Shown here: positions 13,190 to 24,992 of the stretch, one piece after another
Numbering within the stretch: position 1 is the stretch's first letter
Layout of the letters: each line of letters starts with the position of its first letter
Assembly (NCBI GenBank): GCA_013239625.1
Contig: MU056000.1
Location: 11,235,175-11,299,174 of the forward strand
Source of the DNA: Lama guanicoe
Lineage: Eukaryota
Direction: 5' to 3'
Length of the DNA: 64,000 nucleotides
Notes under the pieces: generated by a model
What the model was told of the DNA's origin: nothing
What the model saw: only the letters and a program-made list of their open reading frames with translations
The model's database searches: none
Program-made: the position numbers and the translations under genes

Positions 13190-13590
13190 TTTCATCCATC
13201 CATTCATTCTCCATCAGTTACTGCTGATGTGGTTCTCATAAGTCATCGTACTAACTTACAGGGGTGCATGAATTAATAAGACTAAGTACCTGCTCCCTGG
13301 GAATTTATGATCCAGTACGGGCGGCAGGTGAATGATGTTATGATACGTACTATGAGAAAGGTAGATGCAAAGTAGTACAGAGACGAGGTAGATGATTTAT
13401 CTAACTGAGCAGGGTGTGGGTCAGGTAAGGGTGGTAATCTGTCTATAGCAGTCACAAAGCTGTAGACTTTGTGAAGACAGAACTGTCTTACTCACCTCAG
13501 TATCTATCCCTCCGCTTACGGTGTGCTGCCTGACACTTAGGAGATGCTGATGTTGGATGAATTAGCGAGTGAGTTAACAAATGAATGAGC
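13190..13590. mobile_element. Two diverged L2 3'-end fragments in opposite orientations
   Basis: 'ttcatccatccattcattc...cctgctccctgggaatttatgatccagt' (minus) and 'gcctgacacttagg...aaatgaatga' (plus) resemble L2 termini. Confidence 0.5.
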
Positions 13591-14150
13591 ACTGTGATTT
13601 ACTGTGCTTTGCAGGAAGTTAAAAGAGAAACAGGAAGATACTTCTGCCCTCAGAAATATTACATTTACAATGTGGTAAATGTGTTAGATTTATAACATAT
13701 TTCATTTATAATTATATTATCATGCATTGTCAATAAATATTTGATGTGAAGACAGAAATGTCCCCAACATGTTGTTGGCGAGAAAATTTACTAAATTCTC
13801 AAATGTCCTACTTGTAGGCTAAACAGACTTTTTTTCTGATTGAGACATTTAATGAGATACCACCTTACCCAATACTTTATACCTGATAGCAGTAGTGATC
13901 CAGACAGAAGTATATCTTCAACAGCAATGACAAAGCCTTCCTCTTGAGTATGAACAAATCATAAAACTCATGAATGCAGTTGGGGAAATCATTTTTCAAA
14001 TGCTTATTTCAGGTGAAAGTAATGGGATCCATATAGTTCAGATGTCAGAAAGAAATGTGTTGTGGGGGTAGTAGACTATTACATCTATTTCTTCCTTGCT
14101 GGCAAAACATAGGCTGGACGTTTTGGAAGGCTGCAGAGCACAGTGCAGGC

Positions 14151-14820
14151 TTTTTTTAAATTGAAGTAGAGTCAGTTCATAATGTGTCAATTTCTGGTGT
14201 ACAGCATGATGTTTCAGTCATGCATATACATACATATATTCCTTTTCCTATTCTTTTTCATTACAGGTTATGATGAGATATTGAGTATAGTACCCTGTGC
14301 TATACAGAAGAAATTTGTTGTTTATCCATTTTATATATAGTGGTTAGTATCGGCACATCTGAACTCCCAATTTATCCCTTCCCACCCCTTTTTCCCCTTG
14401 GTAACCATAAGTTTGTTTTCTATGTCTGTGAGTCTGTTTTTGTTTTGTAAATAAGTTCATTTGTGGTTTTTTTTTTTTTTTAAGATCCCACATATAAGTG
14501 ATACCATATGCTGTTTTTCTTTTTCTATCTGGCTTACTTCACTTAATGATGATCCCCAGGTCTATCCATGTTGCTGCAAATGGCATTATTTTATTCTTTT
14601 TCATGGATGAGTAGTATTCCATTGTATAAATATAGCACAGCTTCTTTATCCAGTCATCTGTTGATGGACATTCATGTTGTTTCTATGTCCTAGCTATTGT
14701 AAATAGTGCTGCTATGAACATTGGGGTGCATGTGTCTTTTCAAATTAGAGTTCCCTCTGAATATATGACTAGGCGTTGGATTGCAGACTCATATGGCAAG
14801 TCTATTTTTAGTTCTTAAGA
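14151..14820 (-). mobile_element. 5'-truncated camelid/artiodactyl LINE-1 (3' UTR plus end of ORF2)
   Basis: polyT, then 'aattgaagtagagtcagttcataatgtgtcaatttctggtgtacagc' through 'agtgctgctatgaacattggggtgca'. Collinear with the young L1 at 43331-43990. Confidence 0.92.
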
Positions 14821-14839
14821 AAAAAATGCAGACTATTAT

Positions 14840-15045
14840 TCATCCCTGAGTTCAAATCCCAACTCTGCTCTTTATCATAAATATGACCTTGGCCACTTCT
14901 CTGCTTTGTACCTTAGCATGCTCATCTTTAAAATGGGGTGAAGTGACTTCCTGGCAGGGTTGTTACCAGGATTCACTGAAAGAAAACACGTGGAGAGCTG
15001 AGCACTGTGCCTGGCACACAGGGAGCACTCCATACATGCAGTTGT
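14840..15045 (+). mobile_element. MIR SINE
   Basis: 'gagttcaaatccca...tgaccttggc...ctcatctttaaaatgggg...agcactgtgcctggcaca', the MIR core and tail. Confidence 0.8.
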
Positions 15046-17599
15046 TGTTCTGGTATATTCTGCAGTAGACTTTACAGTGTCTTATCATGATCTAACCTCA
15101 GATCTGCAGTCACCAGCCTGGTCCTCGATGTGGGTAGCTGGAAGCAGAACAGAAGCGCAAATACACAAAAACTAGACCAGGAAAAAAAGTGGTGTTTTAA
15201 CAGCGACTCTGTTGGTCTCTTTGTCAGGAAACAGTGCCCGGATGTTGTGGCTTTTCTGGCATGCCCTTATGAAGGGGTGGTGGACTCTGTATACCAAAAC
15301 CAGTATTAGACACTACTTCCAAATGTGTTTTGGTTAGCTATCTGAATGGCTTTTCACTGGGTCACCTGTTGACTCCAAGTACTTTAGAATGTGAGCAATG
15401 TCACATGGACTTGCCGTCCTGCCCTTGGCAGGATCAATTCTTCACTGAGGTCTTTTAAGATCATAAAGAGCTAAATTTATGTTTTTTGCTATGTTGTCTA
15501 TTACGCACAGATTTCGAAAGCCTCACATTGGACAGAACCAATGCATTTACAGAATTAACTAGGTTAGATCCGTCTGACAGTATTTAAGTTCCCTTCCAGC
15601 AACACAGTGAATAGGCTCACTGTCAAACCAAATGGTGCATCTATGGCCCCTCTGTCTAAACTATCCCATCTTGTTTGGGAACCATATTATCTGAGTAGGG
15701 GCACTGTTTGTATTCAACGTGAATTCGTTTCTCTCTTCCAACCTCTCCCCGTGTAGCAGTGAACAAAATATATTGACCTCTAGGGATATTACTTTAATTG
15801 CTGCATTTTCTCCAGGACTTAAACACACAGAATTAGAAAAACTTCAATTTATATAATTTTCAAGGTAATTTAAAAGTTGAAACGAACTTTTTTGGACCTA
15901 TATCTTTAGTGACTGGATTTTTAATAGCTTGGAAGTGCAGTGATGCTTGAAAACGTACATTTTTGGAAGGAAAAAGTTTCGGAAATTGTGACCTACTTAA
16001 CTTTTAGTGGATTGGACCACTGAGCCAAGAGGCGTGGTGACCACCCACTGGGGCGTCAGGCATGCTGTCATGATTGTCAAACTCCAAGCCGAGGGCAGTT
16101 ATAATTAAGTGAAGATAATCACTATCGGAGCCAGAGAAATTCCAGAACCAGTCATGTGGGTTTAGCACCTATACTGCATTCCAGGTGAGCCTGTCCTGGT
16201 ATCTGAAATCAAGCCTTGGCAGGCTGCGGATCTGACAGGTTTGTTGAATGAATTAGAACACCACACTGTCTCCTTCCATAATAAAATTCTTTCCTGCCCC
16301 CCAACCCTTACAAGCATAACAAGTGAAATCTTTAGAAGGAACCATAATCCAAGGCCACCCTGGATTAGAATAGGTGGCTATAACAATAACAAAACCCCTT
16401 TACAGGAAATCCTATATTTGGAAAACCATTAGAAATAAATTCACGTGGCTGATTAGAATTCAGAAGCCCCAGCTACTGCCCTCTCCTTTTTAGACTCCGA
16501 GCTTAACTCTCACTGGTATCAGCCTTAGTGAATCCAAACTGTGACCACAGAGAAAGACATTGAGAGACCAGAAGCCCAGCATGTGAGCCTCCAGTGCTCA
16601 CCCCCCACTGACAGCTGCCGGCCCTGCTCTACTCTTCTCATTCCTCCACTTTCCATCAGAGAAGCCCGCGCGCCTTGATTTTACTAATTGGTACCAATTC
16701 AAAATGCACTTAGCGCGGTGTAAGAAGAGAAACGGCTAGTCATTTTGTAGGACGGTAGGACCGTTTGCTTTTGTTGTGGTAGTGAGGCCCTTGGTCTGGT
16801 GTGATGGTTCTTAGATGGTGGGGCAGTGCCCCGAAAGCCGTTTTTGAGTCAAGTTTGTGAGCGTGGTTTGGTTATCATAATGATTGGAGGAGAGCTCCTG
16901 GAATTCAGGCGGGAAGGACAGGGATGCTAGTGACCTGCAGTGCATAGAAGAGTCTTGCACAGCAAAGACAGTGAAGAAATATTTGTGAGCTTATTGGACA
17001 TTCATGTAGGTTAAAAATACTGTTCATAATGATTGGGTTCCAGGATCTAATGCCCATGTCTATGTAAACATGAAGTTTCTTTTTATTTTTTTTTTCCTGA
17101 GAATGAATATGTATTGACTTTTTTAAGAATGAAACTATCAAGTACATTAAGGGGTAATAGAACTCGGAGTCAGAACTCCCCCAGGAGGTGTGGGTGCTTC
17201 CGGACAACCCCCTGACAGCTGCCAGGCTGCTTGTGGTGTAGCCGACACCAGCACCTCATACTGGTGTCTGACTTTGCAGCTGTTGCATTCAAGGTGAAGT
17301 AAGTACACAATTAGGTTTTCTTCCCCCCCCTTCCTGGGTAGAAGAACCTGACCAATTACATATGTAGAAGCATGGTATTTTATTATTATTTACTTTTCTT
17401 CTCTTTCTCCTTTGTTATATAGTTAGGGCATTCTATTACTCCTTTTGAAATTAGGTATGTAGGTCACTATCTATAAATCTTATTATAGGATGGTGAAGGG
17501 AACACGACCAAACATTTGTTACAGGAGTGTTGGGTTCCATTGGCAATGGCAACCACCGAAATAGTCCTACTCATGTCTCTGGTACTGTGAATGGTACCG

Positions 17600-17760
17600 T
17601 GAATATCCTTCATCAGCACAAGTGGGAGGCAGTATTATCTCAGTTTACAAATCAGAAGACTGAGGCTTGCTGAGTCAAAGTCATAAACATGCTTGTGGTT
17701 GGGAGCGGGCATTCAAACATGTGTAGGCCCAGTAACTCAGACCACACTTGCAACCATTCC
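17600..17760 (-). mobile_element. MIR fragment
   Basis: 'tattatctcagtttacaaatcagaagactgaggct...ggcattcaaac', antisense MIR core. Confidence 0.6.
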
Positions 17761-18704
17761 ACAGTTTGCTGCCAGTCAGAGGTCTGCTGCTGCCTGATCA
17801 TCAGCCAAAAGCAAGACCACATTCTCGTCCCCTGTAAAGGTTTCCCAGTCTGTACCTGAAGGCTCTCCATGGAGATCAGCCAACCCCTACCCAGGAATGT
17901 CCCCCTTGAGGAAATCTGCACAGCGAACTTAAACAGTGTAGTGTCCCTGAGGCTGAAGGTTCCCGACCAACATCAGAACCAAAACACACTTGATTTCCAT
18001 TATTAATAACATTCAAAGTCAGTGATGGTGGGGCTGATTCTGTAACTGAGTGCGTTTACAAGTGGAAAGAACACCAGAGACTTTTGTTTGGTGAAGTAGG
18101 AATGGAACTAATGAGGCTCAGACAGACTGCCTCCCCAGGAGGGTGGGAGAGGAACATTCCACCATAATCCATGTTGAGTAACTCATCCAGAAAGGAAGGT
18201 CCCCTTCACCCCCAGCTGCCAGGGACAGGGCTAGTGAATTAGGCCTCATCCTCCATCTCCCCAGAGTGGCAGGGCTATGCACATTGGGGACATCCCCTCC
18301 ATCACTGCACCTCCCTGGGCTCCTGGTGGGAACTGACACCCATCGTGACTGGTGCTACTGCTACGAGCTGGCCTGGCCCATGTGTCACATTGATACCGGA
18401 CAGCTTTCTCTTTCTTCACTCTTACTCCTTTCCCTTTTCTCCTCAATATCATTACTGTTGCTTGTCCTCAGGTTGATATTTTTCAATTGTTACATTTTTT
18501 AGAAAAACTCCAAAGGCAGTATTTTTCAGTATGATAGAAAGAGCATCTTTGGAAAGAAACACCAGGCTTGATGAGTGATTTCTGCCTCCTTTGACCTGTT
18601 GACCTCTGGGGTGTGGGGGTGTCCTTCACTGCCTGCTAAGTATTTCATCCAGCATCCAAGATGAGTAGCAATGACATGACCTTCGATAATGTTCACGTTA
18701 TCTT

Positions 18705-18885
18705 CCAGGCCCTATGTTCCTCTGCCAGCTCTTGCCTTGGGTGAGATCCTTACCTTCTTTGTGCCTCCGTTTCTCATCTGTAAAGTGGAGAAATAACAGT
18801 GCCTCATAGTTGTTACTGATTAGCTGAAATAAAAACACGTAGAACAATACATAGCACATAGTAAGTGCTCAGTAAATTGGTCTGA
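18705..18885 (+). mobile_element. MIR SINE
   Basis: 'ccttgggtgag...gtgcctccgtttctcatctgtaaagtggag...gcacatagtaagtgctcagtaaat'. Confidence 0.8.
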
Positions 18886-19027
18886 TAGTGGTTATAATCA
18901 TAGTGGTTGTAAAAGTAGATTAGTCATAGATGCTCACAACAGTCTTGAACAGTTTTGCAGAATTTAAGTGGCTGTACTATGAAGAACCATTCAGCTAACA
19001 ATGGGTAGAAACTGAGGTCCTCTAAAC

Positions 19028-19251
19028 CGGAGTCCATGACCCGTGGCACTGCCGACCTTTCGGTCTGCATAACTCTTTGTTGTGGGGCAGTTCTGTGCAT
19101 TGGAGGCCATGAGGCAGTATCCCTCATCTCTGCCCTCTGGATGCCAGCTACACATCTCATGTTGTGACAACCAAAAACTTCTTTTCAAAGTTGCCGAATA
19201 CCCCTGGGGATGAGGGTTATGTGCAAAATTGCCTCTGTTTGAGACCCACCG
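19028..19251. mobile_element. MER20 (hAT-Charlie) DNA transposon
   Basis: 'ataactctttgttgtggggc...gttgtgacaaccaaaaa...cccctgggg...gcaaaattgcctctgtttgagacccac' matches the recalled MER20 consensus over ~220 bp. Confidence 0.85.
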
Positions 19252-19899
19252 GTGGAAACCAATATTCTGTCTTTTTCACTATCCTCATCATGAAGGAAAA
19301 TCCTCTTCTATATTTTCCTAAACAGATGAGCTAAGTGATGAGGCATTTCTTTATTTTAGAAAAGAAGCATTTGCTTTCCAACTCCTAAACTATGTAATTA
19401 TTTTAAATAATCAGCTTTGTGGGTATAATCAAAGCCCAATTCAATTAAAATAAATAATGATATGCAGCTAGGAAAATGTCCCTCTGGTCAGTGATTACAA
19501 TAAATACACTTTGTTCTTTCAAATTCTCTGGCTGACACCCTGGGAATGACGGCAGTCCTGAGGAGATACTGGGCTCTTCCGATGTGAGGCCTGCCTGGGC
19601 TCCACATGCAGCTTTAACTGTAGGAAGAAATGAAGGTTTGGAGGAAAATGAGCTGGTTTTCTGTACTGAGTGTTATCAGAGCATCTCTCTTCTGTAGCTT
19701 AAAGGGAAGGATACTTTCTCATATTTATTTAAAATACTCAATTTTAATTTTGAAAAGTGAGACGTTTCCTGGAGGACCCATGCTGTCTCCTCTTTCTTAT
19801 CACCAAGGTTTCCTAGCCAATCATGTCACCCTTTTCCTGCATGGGCACCCAGGATGACATCTGGCCTCTGGGTAGGGTCTGTCTGGAGCCACAGGAATT

Positions 19900-20400
19900 T
19901 GTTACCGAGTGCAATCTTGTTCTGCTCATTGCATGGCAGGCCAGTACATCAGGAGACAGGGTGTCGGGGCAAGGAATAGTGACTTTATTCAGAAAACCAG
20001 GAGACTGAGAAGATGGGGACCATCTTACCCAAGTCAGAATTCAAGCTCCTTTTATACTAAAACAGAGGAGGGGTGTGGTTGTTGTTGCAAACTTCTTGGT
20101 GTCGGAATCCTTTGTTCTTGCCGCTGTCCTCATAGATCAGGTCACAATGTTTCTATAAACCTCCAACAAGACAAATGTTATTCTCTGTTCTGCAAGGTTT
20201 TATTGCTATATGAATGGAAAAGTGTTATACCCTTAAAGGTCAGAGGCTTGAGAATGGGCTCTCCTGTACATTTCAGGTTTAGGCAACATTCTTGTACAAA
20301 AGGTGTAGAACCAGCATGACTCAGCACAGGAAACAGTGCAGGGTTAGAGCCCTAAAAGAACGGATCTAATGTGGAGTCTGATTTGTTCTTCCTTATTACA
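19900..20400 (-). mobile_element. Intact ERV1-class solo LTR (501 bp) with 4-bp TSD
   Basis: Begins TGTTA and ends TTACA, with AATT on both sides (19896-19899, 20401-20404). Minus-strand TATAAAAG (20049-20056) lies upstream of minus-strand AATAAA (19984-19989). A 4-bp TSD is typical of class I ERVs. Family not assigned. Confidence 0.88.
20316..20326 (+). promoter_or_regulatory. Perfect ARE (NRF2/BACH-sMAF) / AP-1 motif ATGACTCAGCA within LTR U3
   Basis: Exact match to RTGACTCAGCA. Function is not demonstrated. Confidence 0.4.
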
Positions 20401-20879
20401 AATTCCCATCACCCTTTGGGGGCAGGCTTTCCCACCTGCTTTTCTTCAGGACAACACAGGACAGGTGACACCAGAGAAGCATTGCTGAGTGGTGTTATTT
20501 GCCTCTAAGAGGAGAATCATAAACCCACTTAATGTTTTACTTGATGTAGCCAACAGTGAGGACCGACTATTTCTCACCTTTACCCTTAAAGTTCTAAACG
20601 TGCTCGTGCCAGGTGTCTCTCTAAAGCTTCCCTGCTAATCTGCTGGCATCCTGCACCTCCCGTCCTCCTGTTCCTTTTGTAGGCAGGCAACGAGTTCAGT
20701 CTCCTCTGGCAGGTTTTCCTGTTCTTTTGGAGGTTGCTTCGCCCCAGGAAGTCCCAGAAACTGCATGTTGTGCTTCAGTGGCGGAAGTTTCCCCCCGATG
20801 GTGGTTTCCTTTTGTCCACTTTCTTTCCTTGAATGTGTTTAGGTTCCAGGCACCATCAGACAGGGGAGATGAGCACTTT

Positions 20880-21010
20880 GAGGCTAGCTGTGTTGAGATT
20901 TACTCACTTTACAGATGAGGAAACAGATACAGAGAGATTTAACAGGGTGTAGGCTCTCATACCTATGAAAGAGAAGAAAACCTAGATTCCAATTCGAGCA
21001 GGCTAACCTG
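20880..21010 (-). mobile_element. MIR fragment
   Basis: 'cactttacagatgaggaaacagatacagagag', MIR core. Confidence 0.7.
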
Positions 21011-21379
21011 AGGGTCCCCGCTCTGTGCTCACACTCTCCTGCCCTGACCACCTCCCCACATGGACATCACCAGCTCTACCCACAGCTATTGCAGACACGC
21101 CCAGAACACAAATCCTCCATCACCTGGCATCAGCCTAATCTAATCACAACTGTTTGTCAGAAACCGAAACCACCCATGTTTCATCGATCTTCCATTATCA
21201 TCGAAACTTAGTGGTGTGGGGAGTCCCTCTGGGTTTACTGCCTCCTTGAAATGACATTGACTCCCAGATTTCCCTCCTCTCAGTTGATTTCACCCCAGAT
21301 GAGGATGGAATGATAAGGCTTTCTTTAGGTTTCCCTGGATCATTCTAAGAGAATTAGGCCAAGCAAATACCCATCAGAG

Positions 21380-21610
21380 ACCTTGAAACTCAGGGTAAAT
21401 CACAACACAGCTAGCCTCCTGAAGAAGAGGGGAAGGGAGAGAGAAAGGAAAAGTAGAAAGCTGACTCTGTGAGAGCCCAGCTCCGGCCTCTGAGCCGTTG
21501 CTGTCCAGCTCCTCTTTCCGTTCTGTCACCTACCACCCTTCCTTCCTGGAGTCAATATATTCCCTTCTGCTTAATCATGTTTGAGTTGCATCTTGGTCCT
21601 ATGAACCAGC
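21380..21610 (+). mobile_element. Old ERVL-type LTR 3' fragment (LTR16/LTR33-like)
   Basis: 'agtcaatatattcccttctgcttaatcatgtttgagttg' resembles the conserved 3' end of LTR16/LTR33. Confidence 0.45.
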
Positions 21611-23454
21611 TGGAGACCAGAGCTCAAAAAAAGGGCCCACGAACTCCATCAGGACCAAGGCAGTGACAATGTCTTGCTCATTGTTATGATGCCAGGGTCT
21701 TGCCCAGCACCTGGCTTGGACAGCAGAGCTGCCCATTCCTTGGAGAAGGAGAACTCCTGATGTCAGAACTGTGACCCCTTCTCCTGGGGTCTTAGTTTGG
21801 TCAGTTACTGGAACCAGAAAGCAAATTCTTGTTTTCTGTAAACTGAGCCACCTGGGACATTCAGAATGGGTGACTGTGGATGCCACCAAGTGTGGGATTC
21901 ACTGATAGCCCAAAGCCATCTGGTCATTACCCTTTTCTATTCTCATGGGAATAGTTTCCTCCTAGTGCCTTTGGAGGGGGTCTTTCTTTTGTAAATTTGA
22001 AGTAGGATCCATATTCTCTTATTCCATAGATTTCTTTTAACTAACTCTTTAAAAATAGCTCTCCTTTGCATATATACATCTTCTTTTAATTTTTTCATAA
22101 ATCTTTACACCTTCTTTCATCTTAACCTCACCATAACTAGCAAAATAGTGGGGCAATTTTGAACACTAGTGTCAACACAGATGAGACATTGATGCTTGGA
22201 GTCCTCTAGTGAAGCCATCAAGGGTTAAATGTCTGGGCTCCCTTTGTCCCCAGCTGGACACAGGCATGGCAGCAATGACAGTGCTGAAGTGTGAGTAGCC
22301 TAAGAAGACAGGATGTGTTTAAGTGCCCTGTCCACTCTGTGTTTTACTAGAAAGTGTTTTAATGCTTTAAATAGACTTTGGAGGTCAGCTTCCAGGAGCC
22401 CAAAAGATCAGATCATCTTTTCCGGAATAGCAGCAGCCTACCCTCGAGGAATGGGTCTGGGACACAGGGATGTAAGCCAAGCATCCTCTGTCATTCTGAC
22501 ACCTTTATTAATGTGCCGTGGTAAGGAATGAAATAATCTATTCATACATGTTTTAGCTAAGCCTGGAATATACATTTTTAAGTCAGGAGGAGGGGAGGGA
22601 GTTGAAGAGAGAAAAAAACAAAAAGCTAAAGGGAACTAAAAAAAAAATCTGGATGGACTTTGCAACCATAAATGGTAAAACTAACCCTGTTGCACTGCCA
22701 GCTACAAGAACAGCCGAGGAAGGTTTTGATTTACAGGAACAGCTCAGCAAGGGCCTTGTAGAGAGCTTCATGCCTGCTATAAAAATGTGATTAGCTATAA
22801 AACAGAGAGCTTTAACAAGAAAATTTAAGCATAGGCAACAGACCGACTCAAAAGTAAACAAAAAAACAGAAATTACTGCCTTCGTGGCTAACCCAAGTCG
22901 ATAAAGGCCAGGATTAGGGGAATTCTTTTTCAGACTTGTGATATAATTAATAACTTTTAACTTTTAGATTTAAAGGAAATAAAAAGGAAAGATGACCTTG
23001 AACTTTACAAATGACTTCCATCTGCCTTTCATCTGCGGCTTTTGCATTTGAGGTGTGCATAGTCCTAAAGCATGAATAAGAGTCCTCTCAGAGAACAACT
23101 CCCCGTTTCAGACTCTCCCTGGACACCCAGGCTGGGAGGAAATAAAAGTCAGTGGGAGCATTCAGGGCCTCGGGAGGGGAGAGTGTTTAAGTCTGCAAGT
23201 CCCCCAGCTCCAGGGCTCTTTGCAGCCTGTCCCCACTTGCTTTGTAGCAAGTCTGCAATATGCCCTTGCACTGTGTTGAAGGTCTTTGGCCAGAGGCCGA
23301 ATCAGTTCCAAATGATGGTCCTTTTGAGAACAAGGGGCCCTCCTAAGTTTGTCTGAAGAGGTCCATTGACTGATTATGAATATGAATATGTAGTTAAAGT
23401 ATTTGCACATCTAGGTCAAGCACCGGGGTGATTTCTTACATCACAACAGCTGTG

Positions 23455-23670
23455 ATCTGTGGATTTCTCACTGTGTGTCGGTCATCATGCAGAGTACTTT
23501 GTATGGATTATCTCTGTGTCTCCCAACACATACTCTCAAGTAAGTTTTATTATCTCCATGTTACAGATGGGAAAATCATAGCCAGAGAGATTATTACACA
23601 ACCTATAAAAGTTGGAGTTGGGATCAACCCAACCTGTCTAATTCCAGAACTCAAGCTCCTAGCCTCTATT
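23455..23670 (-). mobile_element. MIR SINE
   Basis: 'ttattatctccatgttacagatgggaaaat...gttgggatcaacccaacctgtctaattccagaa'. Confidence 0.7.
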
Positions 23671-23915
23671 CCAAAAAAGTGATGGTACTAATGACGGGCC
23701 CAGGGTTGGAGAGTCGAGCTTCAGTTGCAGTTCGTTTCTCTGTCCTGCAAAATACCAGGTCTGCTTCTGTTCTTTGCTTAAGCCTGATGTAATTGCAGTG
23801 CAGAAATCTTTGCAAGATTTCTGCATAAAAGGCATGCAGAAAGAGTACTCAGGCCAAGCACAAGGTTGCCTTTGCATCTTTTTGCCACCCCTCATCCTTT
23901 GTGCCTCTATTTCTT

Positions 23916-24050
23916 TTTTTTTAAATATTTCAAAAAATTAAATTAATTAATTCATTTATTATTGGAGTACAGTCCGTTACAATGTGTCAATTTCTGATGT
24001 ACAGCACAATGCCCCAGTCATGCATATATATACTTTTGTTCGTTTTTTCT
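23916..24050 (-). mobile_element. Very short camelid-type LINE-1 3' end with AT-rich tail
   Basis: 'attggagtacagtccgttacaatgtgtcaatttctgatgtacagcacaatgccccagtcatgcatata' is homologous to the reverse complement of 49110-49183. Degenerate TSD cctctatttctt (23904-23915) / cccctgtttctt (24053-24064). Confidence 0.85.
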
Positions 24051-24879
24051 TCCCCCTGTTTCTTATCCTTGTCCTCCTGAATACGTTTGGCCCCAAATTC
24101 TTGCTGTCTGGGAATGAAACCCTGCTTTATTGGAATACATATGGCATGCTGGGGTTAACTGCAATTTCAAGTTCTTTCATCATTCCAAAAAGCACTAGTA
24201 CATTTTACTGCCTCAGAATACATAATTTAGTATTTTTTAAGCATGAAATGATCATCGTCATGCTTTAAAGTTGTAGTTGTCTTTCTAAATGTCAGTTTTC
24301 TCTCTGCAGTGTTACACATTGGGCTTGAAAGGGAGGAAAGGGATTGTTTTAAATTAGAAGAGTTTCCAGACACATTCTAGAATTTAAAATAAATAAAATC
24401 ATGATGTGACCTGGTTTTTTTTCAATTACTCTTTGTCCTATAAGTTGAATCTCCACCTAGTCATTGATTAAGACAATCCTCTGCTCGCCACGTGTACAAA
24501 CGTAATTTTCTACTGTAATCATCCCATGCAACTGTCTCCAGCTTCATTAGAATACCACTTGTGGTATAATTTTACCAATATTGGAGTTTTAAAAGGAGTT
24601 TTCTATTAAAAGGTATCCTTTTAACATGGCTTTGTAAACTAGAGCGGATTTTTCCTTTTCAAAATGGCTTCAATGCTGATTTCTGTTAGAATGAGATCTA
24701 TATTAATTCTAAGATGGGCATTGAGAGCCTGTAGAACCATTCCCTCTTCCTGGAATCTCATCCTCTTCATGGGATGAATGCTAGTTTCAATTAGGGATCC
24801 CTTCTTTGGAGGCCTTTTCTCCATCCTGCATGGCTTCAGTGCCAACTGTACCTTTTTCCATGCACCTGTATACCTTTGT

Positions 24880-24992
24880 CATAACAATTTTGCCCTTACA
24901 TGTGAAGGTTTGTTTAAGTTTTATATCTCCATTGTTTAGCAAATAGTAGATAATCAGTGAATATTTGTGTTGAATGAGTGAATGAATGAATA
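24880..24992 (+). mobile_element. L2 3' terminus
   Basis: 'tagtagataatcagtgaatatttgtgttgaatgagtgaatgaatgaa', the L2 (TGAA)n tail. Confidence 0.6.

Noticed and set aside
16686..16699. 14-bp palindrome AATTGGTACCAATT
   Set aside because: Several palindromes of this length are expected by chance in 64 kb.
19909..20319. 136-aa ORF
   Set aside because: Lies wholly within the solo LTR, antisense to it, with a GTG start.
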